A stretch of 57,796 nt of DNA, the filler included, from Piptocephalis cylindrospora (lineage: Eukaryota), in the NCBI GenBank assembly GCA_003614145.1. It is 3 parts of 3 records of this genome, joined end to end, with 100 filler letters (N's around TTAATTAATTAA, not from the genome) between each part and the next. Parts side by side here need not be neighbours in the genome. Positions count along the whole stretch, not along the records: positions 19,319 to 38,528 come from KZ987825.1; 2 more parts are not named here. One strand, given 5' to 3'. The notes under the pieces were generated by a model that worked only from the letters and a program-made list of their open reading frames with translations, was not told the DNA's origin and made no database searches. This document shows positions 22,960-35,333 of this stretch, one piece after another. Each line of letters opens with the position of its first letter. Position 1 is the stretch's first letter. Position numbers and translations under genes: made by a program.

Positions 22960-25900
22960 CTACGAAGAAGCGCTGCCCATGGACAAGAGCCACGGATGAT
23001 GAAGGAATCCGTAGTTCATGTACTGTTCCTTGGGTGGAGTTTGATTATGTGACCCTGACATTTCCTGAAGGACCTTCGCATTAGTGACGCATACTTCTTG
23101 TAGCTGCCTCAATCTCTGTTGAAAGCAAGCCCCCCGGCCCCATTGGTACCCGGGAAGGGGTCAGTGGTTTGAAAACGCTCTAGGCACGCCGTCCAGCCCA
23201 TTTCAATACGTACATTCTCATAGATTGCCTTGTAACTACTGGGGATGGTATCCTTTAAGCCTTGGCTCAATGACCGATTCAAAAAAGTGCTTGTACTGCA
23301 AAAGAGGTCGATTGCTTTGCTAATCAACGAACTCTACTCAACATCACAGCCCCAGCATTGAAAGGAAGGAAAGAGTAAGATGTTGGCATAAGAAGAAAAA
23401 TAATGAACAGTCTCTTACCTCATTTTTCATAGCGTCCTGCCGTACCCCGAGATATTCCGACCACGAAGGAACAGCCAAGTTGGAAAGGCCATAGAGATGC
23501 CTAAACCTGGCTTGAAACCGCACCCCCTCCTCCTGTAGAGCCCCAGGCACGTTACCTTCCTGCGTGGGCCACCTTCCCTTTTTTTGAAGAGCTAAAGTAG
23601 CCTATAGGACGAGAAGCCATATTTAGATGATAGCATGATTATTCCATAGCAAAGCATTAAATTCTAGAACCATCTTACCAGGAAAAGCGCCTCACATGTG
23701 TTGCGCATTGCCGCCAATTCCACCCTCTCTTCCCGCGCCAATCTATCTATTTTCCCCACTCGACCACCAGATCTTCTCTCCAAGTTCGCCACTAACGCGT
23801 CCAACTCTTCGATGTGAGTGGAAAGTAGACACATGGAAAGCCTATTCAAGCGGGGAAGACACTTCATGAGGAGATAGAGTTGAAATCTGGCATGCAATGG
23901 CCCACCATCCCTCCTTTCCAAGGAATCCAGAACTACGCACCAGTACACCTGAGGAACTTCTTCTGCCGAGTATAATTCTAGATCAAATCCCATTAGTATC
24001 GCCTCCCAAGCCATCCTAATGGTCTGGTGAAGTGCCCACCCGGATACAGGGCACTTGAGGAAGAATGAAAGAGGATATGATGAGTCCCGGGTGCTGTTTA
24101 ATTAAAGGGAATGACTCTGGTTATGCGCTCGTCCCTGTCTGAATAACTTACCGCTTCAATAGAATCAAAACCGTCCATATTTTCTACTACTACCTCATCC
24201 AAAATACGAATCTATGCACATAATGAAAATTAGGATCAGGAAGTAAATAGATCGGCCTAGCAATAATCATCCCTCCCCCTAAGTCATTTACAGATTTCAA
24301 CAAGGCATCCCACTCAGGAAGCATATTGAGATTCAACCGCCGAACCCGTCCATGATTTTGCCCCCTAATCCTCATTGTATCTAAATGAAGCTAAATTATA
24401 TAGGAAGGGATCATGAAACCAGTATGGGATTAGAAAGCAGTTTTAAGTGGAGCTCAGCCTATCGCTTACCGCTGCCATTTCTTGCAAAAGTGCGCCTATT
24501 GGGTCTGGCCGTATGGATCTCAAGGGCCCTGGAAGTCCATTGTTACTCTGAGGTACGGATCCTATCTGCTTATTATCCTTATCCTTGGAGCTGGCAAGGT
24601 CAGAAAAGGAAATTCCTCGGGGAAGACCAGCAAAATCTGTGAGTAGTGCATGCATATGGGTTGTCCTAGACATGGAGATTCCCCTCATCGGGTCGCCTCC
24701 AGTCAACATGGTCTACACAGGAAGGATATGAAGAATAAGAAAGTCCAAATGAGGATGGTTAAACATAAAAGGAAAAAAAAGTCCTCTACCTACCAAGAAC
24801 ACAGAGCGACACAATGCCGGGAGAGTTGGGGTAATGTAGGCATAATTAATGACGAAGCCCTACATGAGTAATGACATGATAATTAGGTTATACCATTCGA
24901 TCCATAAACCCAAAAATACCTTCCATGTAGGCCCTTCCATCTAGCCCTCTTACCACCAATTCCTGAGGATCTTTGATTTCCCCGAAAGGAGCAGTCATTT
25001 CCAGTCCATTGAGTGTATCTGATAAAAAGCTCAAAGCCTATGACAGCATCCAGTAGAGATTGGAGAAAAAGATGTGAGACTCTCAAGGCAAGCGCATTTA
25101 ACCATGGGAGATTCATCCGCTTCCGCTAGGTACATCACAACCCACCTTCTTGGGAGATAAGAGCTCCGTGGGCCGGGGGGGAGCCTGAGCAGGGAGCCGC
25201 TTATAAATGAAAGGATCAAAGGCTTGATGGAAAGGAGGAATGGACCAAGTAAGTTATGGAGCCATGCCTAAGAGGATATCCAGGTTGTGTATGGTAACCC
25301 ACCAAAGTTCACATCGACTCCTTCATCCTCCATGAGCTGTAGAGCCTGAAGCTGATCTTGGACTTCTTTTAAGGTGTCCCGTGTTGTCCGAATACCCTTT
25401 TCCATCCGTGACTGATCATGAGCGGAGGATACAATGATAGTCCGAAGCAATCCATACCAATTCTACCATATGAAGGAAAGGTAATAAATAAGGCATTAAT
25501 CCTTTCTTAGCTCCCCATATTCTCTTCTTTTACTCACCCTTCGTAGAGAGATCAAGGATGATAGGGCACGGAGCCAGCCCTCTCTTCCATCGTTTCCTTC
25601 CCCTTCATCATCTATTCCCCCGATATTGTGTATTGAGGCCTTGTTTATTAGCCATTTGGACCTTTATTATCAATAGCGCATCAATACACTCACCTTCTAA
25701 TTCTTCCTGGGCTAGCTTGACACCATTGAATACAGAATCCAGATCAACAAGAGCATCCAGGGCCTGAGTATCAGCAAGGAGGGAAAGGCCAAAAGTATTG
25801 GTGCCAAAATCCTCCTCTTCGTACACATTTCCTCGGGCCATCTCCCGCCACACCAATTGAGAAGAGGCAAGGAGGGACTTTGTATAGGCCCAGACACAAT

Positions 25901-26713
25901 TTCTAGCTAAACTTTCCTGCGGCCCCGGTCTGGCAGCCCGACATCCCACTTCCTGGGCATATCGACTAGTGTAAATTGTTTGTGCCAACGAGGCCCCTTC
26001 TAGCCAAGTCAGCTAAATGATTATGGTGATTAGAGAGGTCAGGAAGAGGAGTGAGAATGAAAAGAATGAGAATGAAAATGAATGGCCCTTGACCCAATTA
26101 TTTCCACTTTTCCTTTGGAAGCATTGCGTTCTCGTACCTCACAGGAAAGCAAGCGAATAATGATCCTAACAGCCTGCTCATAGGTTAATAGAGCGTCCGG
26201 ATCAAAAGCTGGCAACATTTTCTTTTGCTCCTCCTCCTCAGGGAGAGCCATACCAGTGTCCAATTTGGGATCCATGACCTAGAATGGTTGCATGGGGTAA
26301 GTTATGTTTAATGGTTGAAGGTATTCCAGCGTTTGATCCCCTTCCCGTTCACTATGATGAATTTTATGCACGTACCACAATGGCGGATATGACGTCCCAA
26401 AGGCCCACGTCCTTGGGCATGAGATATTCGCCCAGATTGAGCTCTAACAATGAGAGAAATAAAGTGAGTACGAAGGGAAAATATGCCAAGGGAGGAAAAA
26501 GAACCAGTATATACCTGAACAAGCCTGCTGGAGGAGCTCAGTCTTGTCCACAAAGGCCATACTGCCTTCGGTAACTAGATGGGATCGTTTTCATGGGAAA
26601 GAAGTAGAATAAGTGCAAGCGCCTACATCCCTCCCTAAAAGAAATGTGTAAGCCAGTGATAACTCACCTGGAAATAAAAGAGGATCTTGCTCGTGCGAAG
26701 CTGGTGCATGCAT
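22960..26713 (-). CDS. MAK10: NatC N-terminal acetyltransferase auxiliary subunit (Mak10/NAA35), many introns
   Basis: Spliced LWDVISAIV/VMDPKLDTGM, WLEGASLAQTIYTSRY, VYEEEDF, GFDLELYSAEE..VYW and RFQARF, with a C-terminal HPW. Confidence 0.88.
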
Positions 26714-27078
26714 CGCCGGAATGAGGAAAGCGGGTGGTGGCGAAGGAAAAACTGAAGAAAGGGGAGAGGGGAGGAAGGACGGCCCCTGAAGTCACGGCGC
26801 GATCAATCCTCTAACAGCGAACAATAACACGGCCCTGACCTGTGTTTACCACCTCTTCAAATCATCCTAGGGCAGCCTAGTAGGATAGATCTATTTTTAG
26901 TGTTGCTCATTGAATTGGGCTTAGTGCTCTATAGGCTTCCTAGCAAATACTATTGACTCTACTAGGAACTAGGAAACGCGTCCGTCATATACATGATGCT
27001 TTATTTCCTCACACAGCCATCCTTCTTGTTTCTCCATCTCATTCCATCCCATAAAATAGCCAAAGTGATTTAAACGGG

Positions 27079-29412
27079 ATGGTATCCAGGTTGTCTCCAC
27101 CCAAGGACTTGCCCCTCTCCAAGACGACACCCCAGTCGAGGAGCCTGGGACTTTCGGTTACTGAGACTGGCCTATGGCTAGGTATCTGGGGAATAGGCCT
27201 GTGTCTCTGGGACGCGCCCTCTGATTATCCCTCCCAATGTAAGCTCACGCGGGAAATCAAGAGATAAAGGGAGCTCAATTTTACCATTACCATACTAGAT
27301 TCTTTGTTGGTCGTTCTACCCTCACTGAGTCTACTAAGGAGAGATCGTGCGGCTGAAGGTTTATTTGCCGAGAGGTACGCTTAAGCGGGGAGAGATTAAT
27401 TGTACGGTGTATGGTAGACTATGTCATTTACATTAGCCTGTATAGACACCATTTCCGAAAGCTGGCCGATCCAGGGTGGATTTATGTTTCTTTATTTGTT
27501 CCATTAACAACAGCTTGGATGGCCCAAGCCGACGATGGCCTTTCAACAATTTGGCTCCCGGTGACCCCTTTTCTGAGCGCTACTTTATCTCTTGTCTCTG
27601 TAGTACTAGGACAGCATCAAGGCCGAAAGAGTCTGGTGATTTCCCAGATGCTCTTATTCTTATTGCTCGCTGCTACCTCACTGGTGGACTCAGTAAACAT
27701 ATTTTCCAGAGAAGGTACATACAGGAAGGACTTCATTGCTACTATGCCTCAATCTTCTTCTACTTATTGCTCCCCTCCCATCCAGTGGCGACATGGCTGA
27801 GTGGAGCGTTAGTGGCGTATGTAGGAGCACTATATCTCTTGATGCATCATCTTCGTCGAAACCTTTCGTATGGGGAGGCTTCAATTATTTCTCAGTCTCT
27901 CTCTCTCCTTTCGGTTAACGCTGTACATCGGATACTCAAGGTAGAAGGTGGAAGGGGGATGACTTCTTACTCCAACCTCACCCACCCTCCCCTAAGTTTG
28001 AAGTGGTGACAGTTCCATCATTTCTTCCTCTTCTAGAATGCAGCTGTATATGCCTACTTCCAGTGATGATGATCTCGGGGACATGGATTGGACATCGATC
28101 ATCCAGCCTATCACGGGCCATAGCCTTCTCCATCGTCCTACTTATTACCCTTGGGATGGTGATGTACCCTTGGCTCTGGACTTCATGGAAGGAAGCCCCT
28201 ATCCTTTGGTGTGTGTTCTTTGAGATGGGCCTTCTCTATAAATCGGATACAATTCCTTGGACTTACCATTCACACATTCCTTCCTCTTCCACCCAAGGCT
28301 GACCAAATACGTGTTTAGTAGCGGAAAGATACGAATTCTTCTTGGTGTTCATTGGATCATATTCGGAGGTTTTTTCATCTTTACCAATCCCCCATCCTTG
28401 CGCCGAGCTCCTAATCGGGTGAACGGACAACGTAAATGGTTCCATCTTGCTGTGGTGATCTTGTTTACCCCGGCTATCGTAATGGATGTACGTACATTAC
28501 TCCTAATACTCTGTGAACCCCATGCCCTTATTTACTCTATTTATTTCTAATCCATTCATGTAGAGGGACTTTTTATCGGTAGCACTTGCCGGGGCTCTAG
28601 CCCTCTTTTTCCTTCTGGAAGGTTATCGATCTGGCCATATCCCCCCTTGGGGCCAAGCTCTAGATGGATATTTTCGAGGCTTTGCCGACGTTAAGGAAAG
28701 CTTGGAAAGAGGCTCTGCAGTCTTGAGTCACATTTACCTCTTACTCGGGGTTTCTATCCCTATCTGGCTACCTGGGTAAGCTTGAATGAGGAAAGGGATG
28801 AATCTTCTTTGTTGGTCTTTCTAAGAGATTCTCACATCCCACCGATAACATTTCAGGAGTACCCTTGCCGCTTTTTCGGGAATATTAACCCTCGGAGTTG
28901 GAGATTCTATGGTAAGGAGAGAAGAGGGTAGGTAATGGTATACATAGGGAGAAATTAACCTGGCTCAAAAATACAAACGACCTTTCCTCAGGCCTCGGTA
29001 ATCGGAAAGCGATGGGGATATCATACGTGGGCAGGATCTCTTAAATCCATGGAGGGGACAGTAGCATTTGTCCTGAGTATATTAACGATAACTTTTCTAC
29101 TCACGTTACTTGATGAACGATTCATTGTAGCTGGGCTCTCTCAGGTAAGGACTTTAATGGGTCAGGTGGGCTTCAATGCAAACTGATCCTGTCTAACTTT
29201 GGACACGTATGACTCTAGTGGGCAAAGTATGCTGTGTGTATGTGCGCCACAGGTAAGTAGGATATCGAAGAAGGACTGGGCAGCGTCTGCTCAACTACTT
29301 TCTCTCACATTGACAATTACTTCTAGGTATGCTTGAAGCCGTATCCCTCCAAAATGACAATTTGGTCATTCCAATCTATGCGTGGTTGGTCCTTGGTCTC
29401 TGTGGGTTGTAA
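27079..29412 (+). CDS. SEC59: Dolichol kinase, multi-exon
   Basis: Hydrophobic protein with RKWFH, LSHIYLLLGVSIPIW, GILTLGVGDSM/ASVIGKRWG, KSMEGT and QNDNLVIP. Confidence 0.9.
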
Positions 29413-29550
29413 AATAGAGCATAGGCCCAAAGGATTCATGTGCAAAACACTGTTTTTTTTCTTACGCTAATAGGATGGGGTTGAGGAGGTTCTTTGACAG
29501 GAAACGCAATTTACATTCTTGCGCTGTTCAGAATGGCAATTGGCAAGGAC

Positions 29551-30556
29551 TCAGCGATACTTGGCAAAGGCTTCAGAAAGGTTCAAATCCTCCAAATCAA
29601 GCGCGGAGCTGACCCTAGAGTCAGCTTGAACAATCTCCTCACATTCCTTGATCACCCGATCCACATCCTCCTTAGGGCACACAACAACCCCATCTACATC
29701 AGCCAGGACAATGTCTCCAGGTTGAATGGTCAAGGTGGTTGCATAGGGTCCAGATCCGATCACCATGTCAATAGGCTCGTCCCGGGAAATGCACCGAACA
29801 AAGCCTCCGGCCCCTAAACATGAGGTACCCCGTGCAAAAACCTAAGAGGCGTGATGAGGGAAAAATACTAGTAAGATTCATTTCGTGAAGCTCTTACAGG
29901 TAGGCCTAGTTCGTGCAATTCTTCCGTATCCCGGACCAGACCAGATATAACACATCCGGTAATGCCAATGTTCTTTGCTCTTTTCACCACCAGACCTCCC
30001 AGTACCGCGTTATATGCGTCATCTGTCTCAAAAAAGAATGAAGACTCTGGAGGATGAGTGATTGGCAGATCGTAAGTAGCAGGACACACTTACCTGGAGC
30101 AGATACCAAGACAACGGATCCTTTGGGTGGATTATCCATCTACCAAGAATATTATTAGGGCATTATTAGATAGAAATACCCTACTCCCTTCTTGGCTATT
30201 CTCGCTCTTACTCACATAGTGACCCTGGATGGTTGGAACCTCCGGGAGCACATTAGCATGGACGAACTGGGAGGTAAGAGATGTGAGTTCCGTCATCCTC
30301 ATCCTTTCTCATGTGTCCCAGGGCCATTACCTTGACAGGATAAACAGGGCCGACGAATTTTTGGACCTCTCCCTCCTTTGAAAAAGACTTTATCCCGGGG
30401 AGATATCCGATCTTCCCAAGTTTTCTCATTGCATCGGCCACCTGAAAAAAGATAGGATGATGAAGGTGAAAAGGTGAGCTTTTCTCCCTCCTGTTGGCAG
30501 CTTACATCACAGGAAGCATATTGCCCAAGGGCTCTGCCATTGTTATCTTCAGACAT
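29551..30556 (-). CDS. RraA-like protein / 4-hydroxy-4-methyl-2-oxoglutarate aldolase family
   Basis: ASCD/VADAM, FVGPVYPV, NAVLGGL, GCVISGLVRD and IQPGDIVLADVDGVVVCP. Confidence 0.88.
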
Positions 30557-30799
30557 GGTGGATAGAGGTGGAATGTAAAGAAAGATAAGTTAGTCAAATG
30601 ATATCCTGCTCAAGCCCCTGAATATCTCCTCCCTCCACGTCATCATGTAATTTCCCACACTCAGCACTTGTAAGCCTTCCTCCTCCCGTCTCTCACACAG
30701 CCAATTCATCATTGCCTAGTGGATTCTTTATTTTTTATCCTTTGCCTCTTAGGAAAGACCACACCACTTCTTCTTTGACCCAATCCTTCCGCATATGCA

Positions 30800-31769
30800 A
30801 TGGACGCTTCGTCAATACCTCCACCTTCAAGCATGTACCACGAACGACAGACATATCAAATGTGCCTTCAGGTAAATCATGGTTATTGGCTGACCGATTG
30901 ATTACCTTACATGCACACACGCTCATACGTTATCTATATCCTAGCATGCTTTAAACAACTTGGTGAGTATGGTTACTATTGTTATTAGCATGAGCGAGCG
31001 GTTTTCCAGGGCTTTACATTCATGTTCTCCTTCCCCCATATCTAGCTCCAGGGCCCAGTCTTTGATCGAGGAGGGCTTAATGCTCTCGCAGACGAATTGG
31101 CAAAATCTACCCAAGGGCTCATCACGTCCCCAACGTGGTTTCCACCGCATCGATCTATCCTGTAAGCTCACCCTCTTCCAAAGTAGGACAAATATATGTA
31201 GATATTCTTTCTAACTATCCCCGTACTCCAAGTGGAGGAAACTACGATGTCAATGTTTTGGAAAGAGCATTAAATCAACACCAGCTTGACCTCACATGGG
31301 TTGCTGCCAAACGAGGTAGGAGGTCTGTTAAACTCAATACCATATCCCTTGTACCAAAGAACCGTCTCTCCACAAATAGTCATCTCATCCGAAGATCTAG
31401 AACGAGCCAGGGGCATTATTCTCAATATACCCAGTCCATATGCAGCATGGTCGTGGGGCTTTCTCGGAGGTAGACATTGGCTAACTATTATTCCGCATGA
31501 TTTGGATCTTGATGAGGAAGGCCCGAATGGGGAAGCACAGAAGGAAAGGACATGGTGGAACATGGACTCATATCACTCTCAACCAAAGTGCATTGGGAGC
31601 AGGATTAAGGTAAGGTAATCGTATCAAAGACAATGGGTGATTGATTAAGGTGAAAACAGCTAGTCTCACCGTAGCCCTTTAGTTGCAAGAGCATTTGGAA
31701 ATGGCGGTAACCCAAGGGGATGCTCAAGTCTTCCTCGTCATTCCAGAAGCCGAAGCGATTAGGAAATAG
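30800..31769 (+). CDS. Josephin-domain deubiquitinase (JOSD1/2-like), multi-exon
   Basis: Spliced YHERQTYQMCLQ|HALNNL|LQGPVF, HRSILGGNYDVNV, RHWLTI and WWNMDS. The Cys-His-Asp catalytic triad is present. Confidence 0.9.
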
Positions 31770-32621
31770 TGAAGGTAAAGAACAAATCACTCATTGAGGA
31801 TAGGGGCAAGGGAGACATGTGTACCAGCAGGATGAAGGAAAGGGAGGGAGGTTGCATTAAATAGGCATACGAAGCGAAACCATCATGAATCAAAGAGAGA
31901 GTCAGTTGGAATACTTCTCCGTTCTGTGTGATATCGTCGCTTAGCATGCATTCAAAGAGAATAAGGGAATGAGAGAGATATAGATAAAGAGATGATTAGG
32001 AGGAGGCGACAGGAAGAACGATAGCACGAGGAAACAATGAAAGGAGACGCGTGGTGAGAGAGGAGCCGAAGATGCAGAGTGCTGTAAGAGGGAGAAAAGA
32101 GCGCGGCCACAGAGGTGAAGCACGCTGACGGAGGAGAAAGATCGAAATGCAGAGAATCGTATAGAAGGTGTAAAGATGAGAGGACTGATGAGAAGAAGCC
32201 CATCCTGGGGACATTGTACAACAAAGCAAAGAGACAAACAATGAGGACATGCAATACGGTCTGACGGGGGAAGAAGAGAGAGGGAAGGAGATCCCACACA
32301 CAGACACACATCCCCACACGCACACACGCACGCGCCCATCAGAGAGGAAGAGAACGTTGAGGATGGACACCAGAGAAGAAGAAGAAGAAGTAGAGAAAGC
32401 AGACCCAAGGACGAAAGGGAGATAGTGCAGGTGGATGGTTAATGAAGCTAGATGGCGCCTTCATCCTTACCTTTCGTGTCCTTCTCCTACCTTTATCACG
32501 TCTACATCGTCCTCCGAGTAACCGGTCCCCTTAATATCATTCCACTTCGTTAGCCCATACATCCCACTTTGTCATCCCGTCAGCCTCACTTTACCATTCT
32601 AACCATATCTCATCAACAGTA

Positions 32622-35333
32622 TCACTGCCCAGGATTCATAGAGTAGTAGGAAGAGTCGGTAGAAGGTCCACCAGTACCAGGAGCCTGGCCATTTCCTCCA
32701 GTAGCAGCGGCAGCAGCAGCGGCAGCGGCATAGTAGGCTGCGTAATATTGCTGTATGGCTGCAGGATCCATTGCGCCAGCAGTATCTCCTCCTCCTGTAG
32801 CTGCAGCCCCAGTAGCCCCGTTCATGTAGGAGGTGTCAGTTCCGGTCATGTAGGCAGGGTAGCCAGCTTGACCCATGGCAGCGGAGGAGGTAGAATAGCC
32901 AGCGTACATACCATACATGGAGGGATCGTAGACGGCAGGAGTCATAGTGGCAGAGGCCATGGGTGCGGAGGTCATAGTGGCGGAGGATTTGCCGCCCCCA
33001 GCACGTTTCCTAGCCTCAACTTGGGCAAAGACGAGCTGACGAGCATACTGAACGGTGGCCTCATCGCCAGTGATATGAATTTTCCTCATACCATTGATGG
33101 CCTGGCGAATGGGCTCGACCTGGATTCTGGCCTGGCTGGTGGCTTGAAGCTGCCGGACCGTCTCACCACCCTTACCAATAACCATGCCAGCAGCATCGTT
33201 AGTAACTTCCAAGGTCTCAGTCATGTGACCCGCAGGACCACCGGCGGCAGGAACTCTAGAAATAGTCCTGCCCAATGCGGAGGAGGACTGATCCTTATCA
33301 ATCTGAGTAGATCCGTGATCGTTAGAGGTGGAGGGGGTAGTGGAGGAGATGGTGCCTGCGTAGGCTGCCGCGCCAGCCCCATACTGCGCCATAGCCTGAG
33401 TTCCGTAGGTACCACCGTATTGTCCGGATGGGACAGACCCATAGGATCCAGTAGGATAGTGACTTGGTTGCGCACTGGTCGATCCTGCCCCACCAGAAGC
33501 CTGGCCCATCTTACCCTGATGAACAACTTCCATGATGAGCTGCTGAGCTAGAGCGGTGGAATCCTCCCTGCCAGTGACGAGGACAATACGTTCTGTCTGA
33601 CCGGGGAGCATCTCACGGTCGGGCTGGACATGGACACGGGCCGAGGAACGAATTTGAAGTTCCCGAATGGTCTCGCCTCCCTTACCAATGAGGAGGCCGA
33701 CTCGATGGTTCGGAACAGCTAATTGAACACGGACCTCCCCGGGCTGAGGAGGTGCGTCTGACCGAGGTGCTTGCGAGACGGCGGAAGAGGGAGAGGGGGA
33801 AGGGTTGGGGGTATGAATGGAAGCGGGAGCAGGATTTCCAGTGGGAAGGAAGGAGTTGGCTACAGGATTTGAGTTGGCAAAGGGAAGGATTTGGGGGACG
33901 GAAGTGTAAGGGGAGATGTGGGTGCCTGGGGCCGGGGGATAAGGGGTGGAAGGGTAAGGATTTGGGGGACGACCGGAGGCCAGGTCATCCAAGAGACGCT
34001 GGATAGCACTACGGGCCTCATCAACCTGGTCGGGCCTTCCAGTGACAGTGACACGCCTATCGGTATCGTTGGACCGGTAAGCCTGGGCAAATTGAATGTG
34101 GCAACCGGAGCGGCCCTCAATAAGACGAAGCATCTCACCGTGCTTGCCGATGATCTTCCCAACATGAATGGAGGGTACAGTGAATTCCTGGGCCATATTG
34201 GCAGGGTTGGGCTTTTGCTGGGAAGAGGGGTGACTAGGGCCTTTGGGGAGGATGGAGGGATTGGTATGGCCGGGGGGGAGCCATAGGGTTATGGTAAGCC
34301 GAGGGCGTCATGGTAGGCCTGATGGGGATGGGTGGGGCCTGCTGGAGAGAGGGGGGACCACCGACGGCACGGGAGGAATGGTGTCTTGGAAGGTGGGTGG
34401 AATTGACGGAGGAAGGATGAAACCTCTTAGCATCCTGGGAGTGATAAGGGGAGGAAGAGGGGCGGTGATTGGCGGGGCCGGTGGGAAGGGAAGACCTCCC
34501 AGGGTGGGAGTAAGAAGAATGCTGGGAAGAGCCACTCTGATCGGAGGAAGAAGCGGAATTTGATGGCCTTGAGGAAACATTGGACCGACTCGCCTTGACC
34601 TTGCCTTCCTGAGGGATTCCCGAGCCAGATCCTGGGCTCTCTACCACCTCATCTAAAGGTCTTTTCTTGGTGAGGGGATTTACTCTTGCACTGGGTCCTT
34701 GAGCTATATGAGGAGAGGAGAGGAGAGATGAGTCAAAGTATGACAAGAGCGCGAATCTGTGTGGCACATCCATTTACCATCGGATGGATCTGAATCCTTA
34801 TCTTTAACGGATTCTTGCGAGGAAGATTCGTCCATGACTGGACGATCAGACGGGATCTTCTTCCCGGATGCAACTTCAATGGCCTTTTCAGCCGTGAGTT
34901 TGGAAGCAATGATCCGAGCTCTAGCCAAAGCCTCGGAGAGTTTGGAAGATTTGGCGACCGAGCCTGTTGTGGGTGCGGAAGTCTCTGTTTCCTTGCTCGT
35001 TTCAGATGAGGGCAGAGAAAGGGCAAGGTCCGGAGTATTCAATGTTTTGAGATCTTCCGGTTGGGTGTCTTTGTCTTTGTCTTTTTGATCCATCCATTCC
35101 TTCTGGTCCGCTATATCTTTCTGAACAGTTTCGTCTTTTTGTTCTGTTGCCGCTTGATCTTCTTGATCGTGAGCCGTCTCTTCCAGAGTCTTGTCTGCGA
35201 ACGCCTTGGTGTCGTTAGTGTCGGAGGAATCTACTGTACTAGTTTCCGAAATGTTATTATTCTCCTCCTTGGAACCAGGAGAGGGGGAGGATCCATTGGT
35301 CTGAGTAATCGGCTCTTCCGTATCTGATGACAT
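32622..35333 (-). CDS. KH-domain RNA/ssDNA-binding protein (FUBP/KHSRP-like, 3 KH domains), with a frame discontinuity near 34275
   Basis: Three GxxG KH motifs (IIGKHGE, LIGKGGE, VIGKGGE), an N-terminal ALARARIIASKL helix and a Tyr-rich C-terminus (QQYYAAYY). One clear intron at about 34705-34778. Confidence 0.8.
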
